A stretch of 64,000 nt of DNA from Clostridia bacterium. Its GTDB lineage: Bacteria > Bacillota > Clostridia > Oscillospirales > CAG-382. Below the pieces are notes generated by a model. It did not search any database and was not told where the DNA came from. It saw nothing but the letters and a program-made list of their open reading frames with translations. The stretch spans positions 382 through 64,381 of the forward strand of contig JAFXEB010000009.1 in the NCBI GenBank assembly GCA_017521025.1, read 5' to 3'. How positions within the stretch are numbered: position 1 is the stretch's first letter; the number at the start of each line of letters is the position of its first letter. The translations under genes and the position numbers were made by a program. Shown here one piece after another: positions 27,868 to 34,757 of this stretch.

Positions 27868-28120
27868 CAGACCGCTGACAAAGGCACAGAACACGAAAAA
27901 AGAAAATACGGTTACTATAAAGTAAAAATTTCGGAGAGTTCTCCGAAATTTTTGTATATTTTTATATTTTTTCGTTCAAAACGAACCTCGGCTCGCAGTA
28001 CTCACCGGGGTCCCCACAAAAATGTATTTTTGTGGGGTGGGAATACAGCTATCGCCTCGGTTCGTTTCGTCTGCACTCTTTCTCAGCACTCCTTCAGCTT
28101 GATGACAAGTTTGTCATCAA

Positions 28121-28150
28121 GCAAAGGCGAGGCTTTATTGAGCCTCGCCT
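28121..28150. repeat. Copy 2 of the identical 30-nt terminator-like module
   Basis: Identical to 27838-27867, in direct orientation, 283 bp away. It lies just downstream (minus sense) of the nitroreductase stop. Confidence 0.9.
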
Positions 28151-28185
28151 TTAATATTACAGTTCGTTCAAAAAACGGCAAAAAA

Positions 28186-28746
28186 CTACCCTATGTAGTT
28201 TACCGAGCCCTCTTTTCTGGGTGCTCTCTCACCAAGCTCCTCCTTGCTGTAGCCAAGACAGAGCGCAAAATGCGGCTTATAGCCTTTTGGCAGACCAAGC
28301 TCCGCCAAAAGCTCTGCATTTTCCTCAAGCACCAAAGCACGCATAAAGGATGCTATATAAAGGTTAGCTAACCCAAGAGAATGGGCTGCCAAAGCCATAT
28401 TCTCCACAGCGCCTGCGCAATCGCTCATACCGTAGTAGTTTGACTCATCCCCCGACACGACTATCGCCATAGGAGCACCACGGAAATTGTCAAAGCCCTC
28501 CTCACTTGCCATCGCCACCGACCTCTCATCCCCCGACTCAATAAGCATCTTCTTATTAGCGGCAGATATTCTGTCCATAAGCTCTCTGTCTCTGATAACG
28601 GTGAAATGCCAAGGCTGTCTGTTCATAGCCGAGGGGGCAAATTTGCCGCACTCAAGTATCGTCTCCACCTTGTCATCCTCAGGAATACGTCCGTCATAGC
28701 TGCGCACACTGCGCCTTTCCAGTATCGCTCTTATTACCTCGTTCAT
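28186..28746 (-). CDS. Nitroreductase family protein (186 aa)
   Basis: The N-terminal stretch IRAILERRSVRSY...APSAMNRQPWHF is the nitroreductase signature. I placed the start at the ATG at 28746 (MNEV) after ggaggaggaagg. The track ORF adds 22 unlikely residues. Confidence 0.85.
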   Translation of the reverse strand: MNEVIRAILERRSVRSYDGRIPEDDKVETILECGKFAPSAMNRQPWHFTVIRDRELMDRISAANKKMLIESGDERSVAMASEEGFDNFRGAPMAIVVSGDESNYYGMSDCAGAVENMALAAHSLGLANLYIASFMRALVLEENAELLAELGLPKGYKPHFALCLGYSKEELGERAPRKEGSVNYIG

Positions 28747-28833
28747 AAAAGCTCCTTCCTCCTCCGAAAAGCAAAATAAAAGCAAAAGGAATGAGGGCGC
28801 ACAAACACCCACATTCCTTTCTTAAAACCTGTC

Positions 28834-29010
28834 TTACTTAAACTTGCGCTTTCTAGCAGCCTCAGACTTCTTCTTGCGTCTAACGCTGGGCTTTTCATAA
28901 TGCTCTCTCTTACGAAGCTCTGCCTGAACACCGCTTCTGAGATAGCTTCTCTTAAATCTGCGAAGTGCGCTGTCGATAGATTCGTTTTCCTTAACTTTAA
29001 TCTCTGCCAT
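28834..29010 (-). CDS. rpsU: 30S ribosomal protein S21 (58 aa; absent from the ORF track)
   Basis: The minus-strand translation is [58 protein letters not shown]. The SD ggagggaggg lies upstream. Confidence 0.9.
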   Translation of the reverse strand: MAEIKVKENESIDSALRRFKRSYLRSGVQAELRKREHYEKPSVRRKKKSEAARKRKFK

Positions 29011-29066
29011 TTATATTTCCCTCCCTCCGAAACACGGGGAGCCTATCCCTCAAAAATTACTAAGAT

Positions 29067-29095
29067 ATTATAACAGATTGCTCGACAAATGTCAA
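29067..29095 (-). promoter_or_regulatory. Consensus promoter for rpsU
   Basis: On the minus strand: TTGACA (29095-29090), a 17-nt spacer, then TATAAT (29072-29067). Confidence 0.75.
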
Positions 29096-29105
29096 CAAGC
29101 TTTTG

Positions 29106-29465
29106 TTATTTGTTAAGAGCTTTTTTTGCAGTTGCAACGAGGGAAGCAAAAGCCTCCTTATCAGCAACAGCTATCTCGGAAAGCATCTTTCTGTTAAGCT
29201 CAACGCCTGCCTTCTTAAGACCGTTGATAAAGGTAGAATAGTTCATACCCTCAACCTTAACCTGAGCAGAGATACGGGTGATCCAAAGCTTTCTGAAATC
29301 TCTCTTCTTCTGCTTTCTGCCTGCGAATGCATAGTTGCCGCTCTTCATTACGGCCTGCTTCGCCATCTTAAAATGCTTACTCTTACTGCCCCAATAGCCC
29401 TTAGCGAGCTTGAGCATCTTATTTCTTCTCTTGCGGGTCATCAATGCGCCTTTTACTCTTGCCAT
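29106..29465 (-). CDS. rplT: 50S ribosomal protein L20
   Basis: The sequence [29 protein letters not shown]... is a canonical L20 sequence. Confidence 0.95.
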   Translation of the reverse strand: MARVKGALMTRKRRNKMLKLAKGYWGSKSKHFKMAKQAVMKSGNYAFAGRKQKKRDFRKLWITRISAQVKVEGMNYSTFINGLKKAGVELNRKMLSEIAVADKEAFASLVATAKKALNK

Positions 29466-29494
29466 TTGTTATGTCCTCCCAATCGTCTTATTAT

Positions 29495-29692
29495 TTAGGC
29501 GTAAGGCATCATCTTCTTAAGATGTGCTGCGTTACCGGAAGCTACGTAACCGGCTTTTCTGAGTATTCTCTTACGCTTGGGGGTCTTGAGACCGAGCTTG
29601 TGGCGACGGCCGCTGTGGTTCATCTTAACCTTACCGGTAGCGGTAAAGTGAAAACGCTTTTTGGATGCGCTGTGTGTCTTAATCTTGCCCAT
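29495..29692 (-). CDS. rpmI: 50S ribosomal protein L35
   Basis: The sequence MGKIKTHSASKKRFHFTATGKVKMNHSGRRH is a canonical L35 sequence. Confidence 0.95.
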   Translation of the reverse strand: MGKIKTHSASKKRFHFTATGKVKMNHSGRRHKLGLKTPKRKRILRKAGYVASGNAAHLKKMMPYA

Positions 29693-29726
29693 TTTAAATA
29701 GTTCCTTTCACTTAATTTGCAAACAA

Positions 29727-30254
29727 TTACTTACCTTTAGCGGTCTTCTTAGGCGGCGCAAGTATGGTGATCATATTTCTGCCGTCAAGCAAAGGCTGCT
29801 TTTCAACTACGCAAAGCTCGCCACAGCCCTCGATAAACTTGCCGAGCAGCTCAGCGCCCCTTTCGGGCCTCACTATCTCACGGCCCATAAACTTGACCAT
29901 GACCTTAACCTTTTTGCCATCCTCAAGAAAAGACTTGGCACGGTTAAGCTTAGTGGTAAAGTCGCCAATGGCGATATTACACCTGAGCTGTATCTCCTTG
30001 GTTTCAAGGACGGGGGTCTTTTTCCTGTTCTCTTTGTCACGCTTCTCTTTGTCGAAGCGGAACTTGCCGAAATCCAGTATCTTACATACTACGGGATTTG
30101 CCTCCGGCGCGATCTCTACCAGATCCAAACCTGCGTCAGCCGCAATGCGGAGCGCAACGTCGATCTTAACTATACCAAGCTGATTGCCCTCGTGGTCGAT
30201 AAGGCGAACCTCACTTGCCTTGATCTGGTCGTTGATAAGCTGCTTTTTGCTGAT
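29727..30254 (-). CDS. infC: Translation initiation factor IF-3, probably starting at a non-AUG codon
   Basis: The IF-3 core LINDQIKASEVRLIDHEGNQLGIV...KEIQLRCNIAIGDFTTK is present. The only good SD (ggagg, complement of 30266-30262) sits 7-8 nt before an ATC codon at 30254-30252. The track's upstream ATG would add about 56 residues that run through the leader and attenuator. Confidence 0.8.
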   Translation of the reverse strand: MSKKQLINDQIKASEVRLIDHEGNQLGIVKIDVALRIAADAGLDLVEIAPEANPVVCKILDFGKFRFDKEKRDKENRKKTPVLETKEIQLRCNIAIGDFTTKLNRAKSFLEDGKKVKVMVKFMGREIVRPERGAELLGKFIEGCGELCVVEKQPLLDGRNMITILAPPKKTAKGK

Positions 30255-30270
30255 ACAAAACACCTCCAAG

Positions 30271-30441
30271 AAAAACAAAAAAGGCTGTGCAAGCATAGCC
30301 CCACAACCCAAAGACACACAAAGGCACAAACTGCCCCTAAGTGCTTTAAGTATTGACCTTGCGCTGCTTGGCGCTGGGTGGAACTGTCGCTCACTTCTTT
30401 TTCTTCCATAGCATAATACCACAGCTATTTTCTTTTGTCAA
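30271..30441 (-). promoter_or_regulatory. Promoter plus leader with an attenuator terminator upstream of infC-rpmI-rplT (candidate L20-responsive leader)
   Basis: On the minus strand: TTGACA (30441-30436), a 17-nt spacer, then TATTAT (30418-30413). A leader of about 110 nt follows. It ends in the hairpin ggctatgc-tt-gcacagcc (30300-30283) followed by TTTTTTGTTTTT, immediately before the infC SD. Confidence 0.5.
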
Positions 30442-30449
30442 TAGCTTTT

Positions 30450-30953
30450 TTAAAATTTTTCAGGTATTTTCTTAACAAGTATATGGCATACCGCCCCGGT
30501 AACCGCTCCGAAAACCGTGCCTGCTATAATCAGAACGGGAGCGTAGGAAAACACGTAGCCACTGCCCATAACCATAGCTGCGGCGCAAAGCTGGGCAATA
30601 TTGTGGCAAACTGCGCCTATCACGCTGACGCCGGTTATGCCAAACCACCCCGTCCTTTTCACCCCAACCATAAGGGCAAAGGACAAAAGCCCACCTGCAA
30701 GGCTGTACATAAGCGAAAACACGTTGCCAAACAGCAAAGCTGACAGCAGTATGCGGCATATATTTACGCCAAAGGCACAGGGCACACCAAATCGGTAAAG
30801 CGCAAAAAGCACTACTACGTTTGCAAAGCCTATCTTTACACCGGGCACACCTACATTAAAGCCCACAGCGTTTTCAACGTAGCTCATAATAAGGGCAAGA
30901 ACAAGCATTACCGAAAGCCTTGCCGTTTTTGCCGCCGCACCGTCCCTATTCAT
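30450..30953 (-). CDS. Gx transporter family membrane protein (Hpre_diP_synt_I-like)
   Basis: It is multi-pass hydrophobic. The pattern YVE......PG.K.G.AN and the pairing with an upstream NusG_II gene are typical. I placed the start at MNRDG (30953), which overlaps the upstream stop (ATGA). Confidence 0.75.
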   Translation of the reverse strand: MNRDGAAAKTARLSVMLVLALIMSYVENAVGFNVGVPGVKIGFANVVVLFALYRFGVPCAFGVNICRILLSALLFGNVFSLMYSLAGGLLSFALMVGVKRTGWFGITGVSVIGAVCHNIAQLCAAAMVMGSGYVFSYAPVLIIAGTVFGAVTGAVCHILVKKIPEKF

Positions 30954-31333
30954 CCCGTCACTCCGTCCAGTCCGCCGTCGCCCTTTACCGTTACGGTTAC
31001 GCCGCAGGGCAGGCAAACAATACATCTGCCGACCTCTGATATCCTTCCGCTTTTCTCGCAGTCCTTACCGTCGCACAGTGCGTTTTCCACCCGCACGGTA
31101 CCGTCCTCTATGACCGCCGTCCCAAGCAGAACGTCATTCTTTACTATATCTATCCTTTTGTCTGCTGATAAGGCGTAGCTGCCGTAAAGCTCGCCGTTTA
31201 CCCTGATCTCAACGGTGCTTCCCTCTGCTCCTCTTTGAAAAAGCAAAAAAGCACCCAAGGCAATAAGTAACACTATAAGGCAAAGGTCGGCTAAAAGCCG
31301 ACGTCTGCCCCTACTCATAATCATAAAACTCAC
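30950..31333 (-). CDS. NusG domain II-containing (DUF1312) membrane-anchored protein
   Basis: It has an N-terminal transmembrane helix, a beta-rich region VEIRVNGELYGSY and the Cys pattern CDGKDC...CLPCGV. It is the usual partner of Gx transporters. The start could be any of three ATGs (31333, 31324 or 31318). Confidence 0.7.
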   Translation of the reverse strand: MSFMIMSRGRRRLLADLCLIVLLIALGAFLLFQRGAEGSTVEIRVNGELYGSYALSADKRIDIVKNDVLLGTAVIEDGTVRVENALCDGKDCEKSGRISEVGRCIVCLPCGVTVTVKGDGGLDGVTG

Positions 31334-31946
31334 CGACAGTCCTGACTATTACTATACCGTTGGTGGCGTCGGTCACAGCCTTGATAAAACCCTCCGCCCT
31401 TTCCTCGGGTACCGAAGCCCAAAGCTTTACGTCTGTTTCAAAAAGGCTGTCATCGGTGCGTACACCGTGGGCAGACATAAGCTGCACAACTCTGTTGTAG
31501 CGCCCGTAGTCCATCTCCAGCTCAAGCTTCTTGAATGGCTTAAGGAATATCTTGCCTGCACCGTCAATGCCGACCTTGGCACCTGCCGAGTAGGCACGTA
31601 CAAGTCCGCCTGCCCCAAGCAGTATACCGCCGAAATAACGGGTAACGACCACAGCACAGTCGCAAAGCTCCTCTTTCCTCAAAACCTCAAGCACGGGTAA
31701 GCCCGCCGTGCCGTGGGGCTCGCCGTCATCGGAAAAGCGTGCCATATTACCCTCACGCAGAATATATGCGTACACGTTGTGGGTGGCATCTGAATACTTC
31801 GCCCGTATAGAGTTTACAAAAGCAATAGCCTCCGCCTCGGTCGTGACGGGTGTTGCGTTGCCGATAAACTCACTGCGGCGCTCTATAAACCGCTCCTCAG
31901 CGGGCTTTTTAAGGGTAAAGTAGCCTTTTCCCATCAAAAAAGTCAA
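31311..31946 (-). CDS. YigZ/IMPACT family protein (UPF0029)
   Basis: The motifs ERRSEFIGNA, DDGEPHGTAG.P and VVTRYFGGILLGAGGLVRAY are characteristic of the family. Confidence 0.85.
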   Translation of the reverse strand: MTFLMGKGYFTLKKPAEERFIERRSEFIGNATPVTTEAEAIAFVNSIRAKYSDATHNVYAYILREGNMARFSDDGEPHGTAGLPVLEVLRKEELCDCAVVVTRYFGGILLGAGGLVRAYSAGAKVGIDGAGKIFLKPFKKLELEMDYGRYNRVVQLMSAHGVRTDDSLFETDVKLWASVPEERAEGFIKAVTDATNGIVIVRTVGEFYDYE

Positions 31947-31950
31947 TCCT

Positions 31951-33276
31951 TTAGCTTACAAATTCGTTGTATATCGTGCGTATGGCACCGTCAAAATCGT
32001 GCTCCTCCACACCGATGATAATATTAAGCTCACTGCTGCCCTGATCTATCATACGGATGTTTATACCCTCTCTGGCAAGAGAGTCAAACACACGGCAGGC
32101 AGTACCCTGAGTGCGTATCATACCTCTGCCAACTACGGCTATAAGGGTGATGCCCTTCTCTATGTCGATGTTGTCGGGAGACACAAGTGCGCTTATCTTG
32201 GAAAGCAGCTCTCTTTCTCTGCCCTTTATGGCGCTCTCAGCCACTACGATGCTCATAGTGTCAATGCCGGAGGGCAGATGCTCAAAGTTGATGCCCATAT
32301 CCGCAAGCACGCTAAGCACCTTCATGCCAAAGCCAAGCTCGCTGTTCATCATATCCTTTTCTATGTTGATAAGCGCAAAGCCCTTCTTACCTGCAATACC
32401 CGTAATAATGTACTCGTTCTGGTACTGCTCGGTGTGAGCAACTATCCTCGTGCCCGAGGCAGAGGGGTCGTTGGTGTTCTTGATGTTTATGGGGATGCCT
32501 GCCATCTTAACGGGGAATATAGCATCCTCGTGCAGTACGGAAGCGCCCATATACGCAAGCTCTCTCAGCTCACGGTATGTTATGATATTGATAGGCTTGG
32601 GGTCCTTTACTATTCTGGGGTCAGCCATCAAAAAGCCCGAAACGTCCGTCCAGTTTTCGTAAATGTCGGCTGTGGTCGCCCTTGCCACTATCGCACCCGT
32701 GATATCACTGCCGCCTCTTGAAAAGGTGATTACCTCGCCCTTGGCATTGCTGCCGAAAAAGCCGGGTATAACAGCGTTATCACAGCTCTCCAGCACGTGA
32801 CCCATAACACGGTTGGTCTTAACCGGGTCAAAATTACCCTCATTGTCAAAGAAAACAACGCTTGCCGCATCTATAAACTCATAGCCTAAAAAGTTTGCAA
32901 GCAATATGCCGTTCAGATACTCACCACGGCTTGCGGCATAATCCTTGGTACAGCCCTTGGCAAAAGCGGCACGGATCTTATCAAATTCGTCCTTCAGGGA
33001 AACAGAGAGAGAAAGCTCTCTTATAATGCCGTTATAGCGCTCCTCTATCTTGGCGAAAATGCTCTGCCAGTCGCCGCCCTCCGCAGATACCATCTGGGTG
33101 GCAAGCAAAAGGTCAGTCACCTTATCGTCGCCCGAAAACCGCTTACCGGGGGCAGAAGGCACCACAAAGCGTCTGCCGGGGTCAGCCATGATAATATCCT
33201 TAACCTTTCTGAACTGACCTGCGTCTGCCAAAGAGCTGCCGCCGAACTTAACAACCTTTTTCAAAACCTTTTCCAT
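31951..33276 (-). CDS. Aspartate kinase (monofunctional, with C-terminal ACT domains)
   Basis: It carries VVKFGGSSLAD, SRGGSDITGA and tandem ACT-like C-terminal repeats. I placed the start at the ATG at 33276. The track begins at a GTG three codons upstream. Confidence 0.9.
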   Translation of the reverse strand: MEKVLKKVVKFGGSSLADAGQFRKVKDIIMADPGRRFVVPSAPGKRFSGDDKVTDLLLATQMVSAEGGDWQSIFAKIEERYNGIIRELSLSVSLKDEFDKIRAAFAKGCTKDYAASRGEYLNGILLANFLGYEFIDAASVVFFDNEGNFDPVKTNRVMGHVLESCDNAVIPGFFGSNAKGEVITFSRGGSDITGAIVARATTADIYENWTDVSGFLMADPRIVKDPKPINIITYRELRELAYMGASVLHEDAIFPVKMAGIPINIKNTNDPSASGTRIVAHTEQYQNEYIITGIAGKKGFALINIEKDMMNSELGFGMKVLSVLADMGINFEHLPSGIDTMSIVVAESAIKGRERELLSKISALVSPDNIDIEKGITLIAVVGRGMIRTQGTACRVFDSLAREGINIRMIDQGSSELNIIIGVEEHDFDGAIRTIYNEFVS

Positions 33277-33399
33277 ATATAACACCCAACCTTACCCATT
33301 ATAATCTTTTATACTACATAATATATCACAGCTTTCCCACATTTGCAACACCAAAACCTGCGGCAAACAGCAAAATTTAATCAAAACTCGTAAAAAGCC

Positions 33400-33428
33400 T
33401 TGACAAAAGCCCCTTAAAATAGTAAAAT
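33400..33428 (+). promoter_or_regulatory. Promoter for tRNA-Arg
   Basis: TTGACA (33400-33405), a 17-nt spacer, then TAAAAT (33423-33428), about 48 nt upstream of the tRNA. Confidence 0.65.
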
Positions 33429-33476
33429 GATTCGGCACCGATGGTAAGCGGGAGCAAAAAATAAATATTTTCCTAT

Positions 33477-33551
33477 GCCTCCTTAGTTAAATGGATATAA
33501 CAAGCCCCTCCTAAGGGCTAGTTGTGGGTTCGATTCCCGCAGGGGGTGCCA
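33477..33551 (+). tRNA. tRNA-Arg (anticodon CCU), with encoded CCA end
   Basis: A hand-folded cloverleaf gives:
- Acceptor stem GCCTCCT/AGGGGGT (with two G-U pairs).
- D stem GTTA/TAAC.
- Anticodon stem AGCCC/GGGCT with loop CTCCTAA.
- T arm GTGGG-TTCGATT-CCCGC.
- Discriminator G followed by CCA. Confidence 0.9.
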
Positions 33552-33769
33552 AAGCCCCTAGGACGAAAGTTCTTGGGGCTTACTTCTTACCTATTACCTC
33601 TTCACTCTTACCTCAAAAAAGTCCTTGGGGCTTTGGGAAGTAATAAGTAAGAAGTAAGAGTTTCATAGCAGCATTTCTTTTTGAGGGTGAAACGCCGTCC
33701 GTATATTAATAAAAGTTATTGATAAACCTTTTACGGTGTTGTACAATAATAGTAACAGAAGGCTCATTG

Positions 33770-33809
33770 AAAAAAGCACTTGCGAAAGGCTGGTTCTCAT
33801 AAGGACGTT
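33770..33809. repeat. Left 40-nt inverted repeat bounding the AT-rich islet
   Basis: aaaaaagcacttgcgaaaggctggttctcataaggacgtt matches the reverse complement of 34713-34752 at 37 of 40 positions. Each copy is preceded, in its own orientation, by a GC-rich hairpin (33825-33846 and 34681-34708). Confidence 0.85.
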
Positions 33810-33879
33810 TGATTTCTGATTGTAGGGACCGGCGTCCTCGACGGTCCAAGACATATTTTGCTACGCAGTAAACAAATAA

Positions 33880-33920
33880 TTAACCCCGACAGATTTTCAA
33901 TAATGGTCTGTCGGGGTTAA
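33880..33920 (-). terminator. Strong hairpin immediately after the 165-aa ORF
   Basis: ttaaccccgacaga (33880-33893) pairs with tctgtcggggttaa (33907-33920) as a perfect 14-bp stem. It lies 2 nt downstream of the stop at 33923 and is followed on the minus strand by ttatttgttt. Confidence 0.7.
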
Positions 33921-33922
33921 TA

Positions 33923-34420
33923 TTATTCAATTGGATCTTCACAATAATATGTGTATAAGATATATTTAGTCCATTTGTTCGCTTCTGTTTCCAAACTTCT
34001 GTCTGTTCGCTTTTCGTCTTCAAGAAAATACCATTGATAATAATGGGTTAATTCATGGGCTACACTAAACAATATATCGTCTATAGAATTTCTTTCGGTA
34101 TGTTTTGCCGCAATATAAATTGAGGGATATATCTTTTTGTTAGCATCGCCATCATAAAATACTCCATAATATTTGTGACCATCTGTTTGACTTACAAAAT
34201 GTGTTTTGTTATCAAACGTTATTTTTACCATAATGGGAAAATAATAATTTGCTCTGATAAATTTAATGAACTGCTTTATTTCGTTTTTAGTATCTTCATT
34301 AAACCCTTTTGGAAATTCACATCTGATACCGGTCTCTTTTGCAGAGTCAATATATTCATTTTTGAATTGTTTCTCTATCCAAAATATCAAAACTCTCACC
34401 TCGGTATTAAATGATTTCAT
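33923..34420 (-). CDS. Hypothetical HExxH metallopeptidase-like protein (165 aa) in a low-GC islet
   Basis: The HELTH motif (codons at 34057-34043) sits in the context FSVAHELTHYYQWYF, with a downstream ETEANKW. No signal peptide is present. The coding DNA is visibly AT-rich compared with its neighbours. The family was not recognised. Confidence 0.6.
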   Translation of the reverse strand: MKSFNTEVRVLIFWIEKQFKNEYIDSAKETGIRCEFPKGFNEDTKNEIKQFIKFIRANYYFPIMVKITFDNKTHFVSQTDGHKYYGVFYDGDANKKIYPSIYIAAKHTERNSIDDILFSVAHELTHYYQWYFLEDEKRTDRSLETEANKWTKYILYTYYCEDPIE

Positions 34421-34502
34421 TTTGATTTATCGCAAGTTTCGCCTTTGTATTACAAAGGCAAAGGGCTTAGCTCATACCCCTGAAGATATGCGTATCCTAA
34501 GG

Positions 34503-34618
34503 CTCCCTTGTGTAAAGGGAGCTGTCGCGTAGCGACTGAGGGATTGTTTTCTGCTATTTGGGGCTTTTTACAATCCCTCCGTCAGCCTTCGGCTGCCACC
34601 TCCCTTTGCACAAGGGAG
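34503..34618. repeat. Palindromic structured repeat element, copy 1
   Basis: The left arm is ctcccttgtgtaaagggag-[gctgtcgcgtagcgac]-tgagggattg (34503-34546). The right arm is caatccctcc-[gtcagccttcggctgcc]-acctccctttgcacaagggag (34571-34618). The arms are mutually complementary at their conserved ends, and each arm contains its own small hairpin. Confidence 0.85.
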
Positions 34619-34712
34619 GCTTCTCGTTAGCCCCATTATAGCACAAATCGGCAGAGAAAACAATATCTCTGCCGGATTTTGTAGGGGCGACCATTGGTCG
34701 CCCCTACAGAGG

Positions 34713-34752
34713 AACATCCTTATGAGAACCAGCCTAACGCAAGTGCTTTTTT
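34713..34752. repeat. Right 40-nt inverted repeat bounding the AT-rich islet
   Basis: aacatccttatgagaaccagcctaacgcaagtgctttttt is the reverse complement of 33770-33809 at 37 of 40 positions. It abuts the stop of the 1825-aa gene. Confidence 0.85.
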
Positions 34753-34757
34753 GTCGC

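Noticed and set aside
27952-28371. 139-aa plus-strand ORF spanning the hairpin-rich spacer and the 3' end of the nitroreductase gene
   Set aside because: It runs through several perfect stem-loops and then antisense into a well-supported gene. It has no SD.
29661-30422. A 231-aa plus-strand ORF and the long N-terminal extension of infC in the ORF track
   Set aside because: The plus-strand ORF is antisense to IF-3. The upstream part of the minus-strand ORF (30255-30422) covers the promoter, leader and attenuator hairpin and bears no similarity to IF-3.
33277-33400. Possible lysine riboswitch or T-box upstream of aspartate kinase
   Set aside because: The space between the likely promoter and the start codon is only a few tens of nucleotides and lacks the conserved lysine-riboswitch or T-box elements.
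33663-33854. 63-aa ORF in the tRNA-adjacent repeat region
   Set aside because: Its sequence is simply the translation of the repeat unit (GC-rich hairpin plus the 40-nt inverted repeat). The other repeat copy translates to a near-identical peptide segment (LMRTSL.QVLF) with no ORF context. No SD is present.
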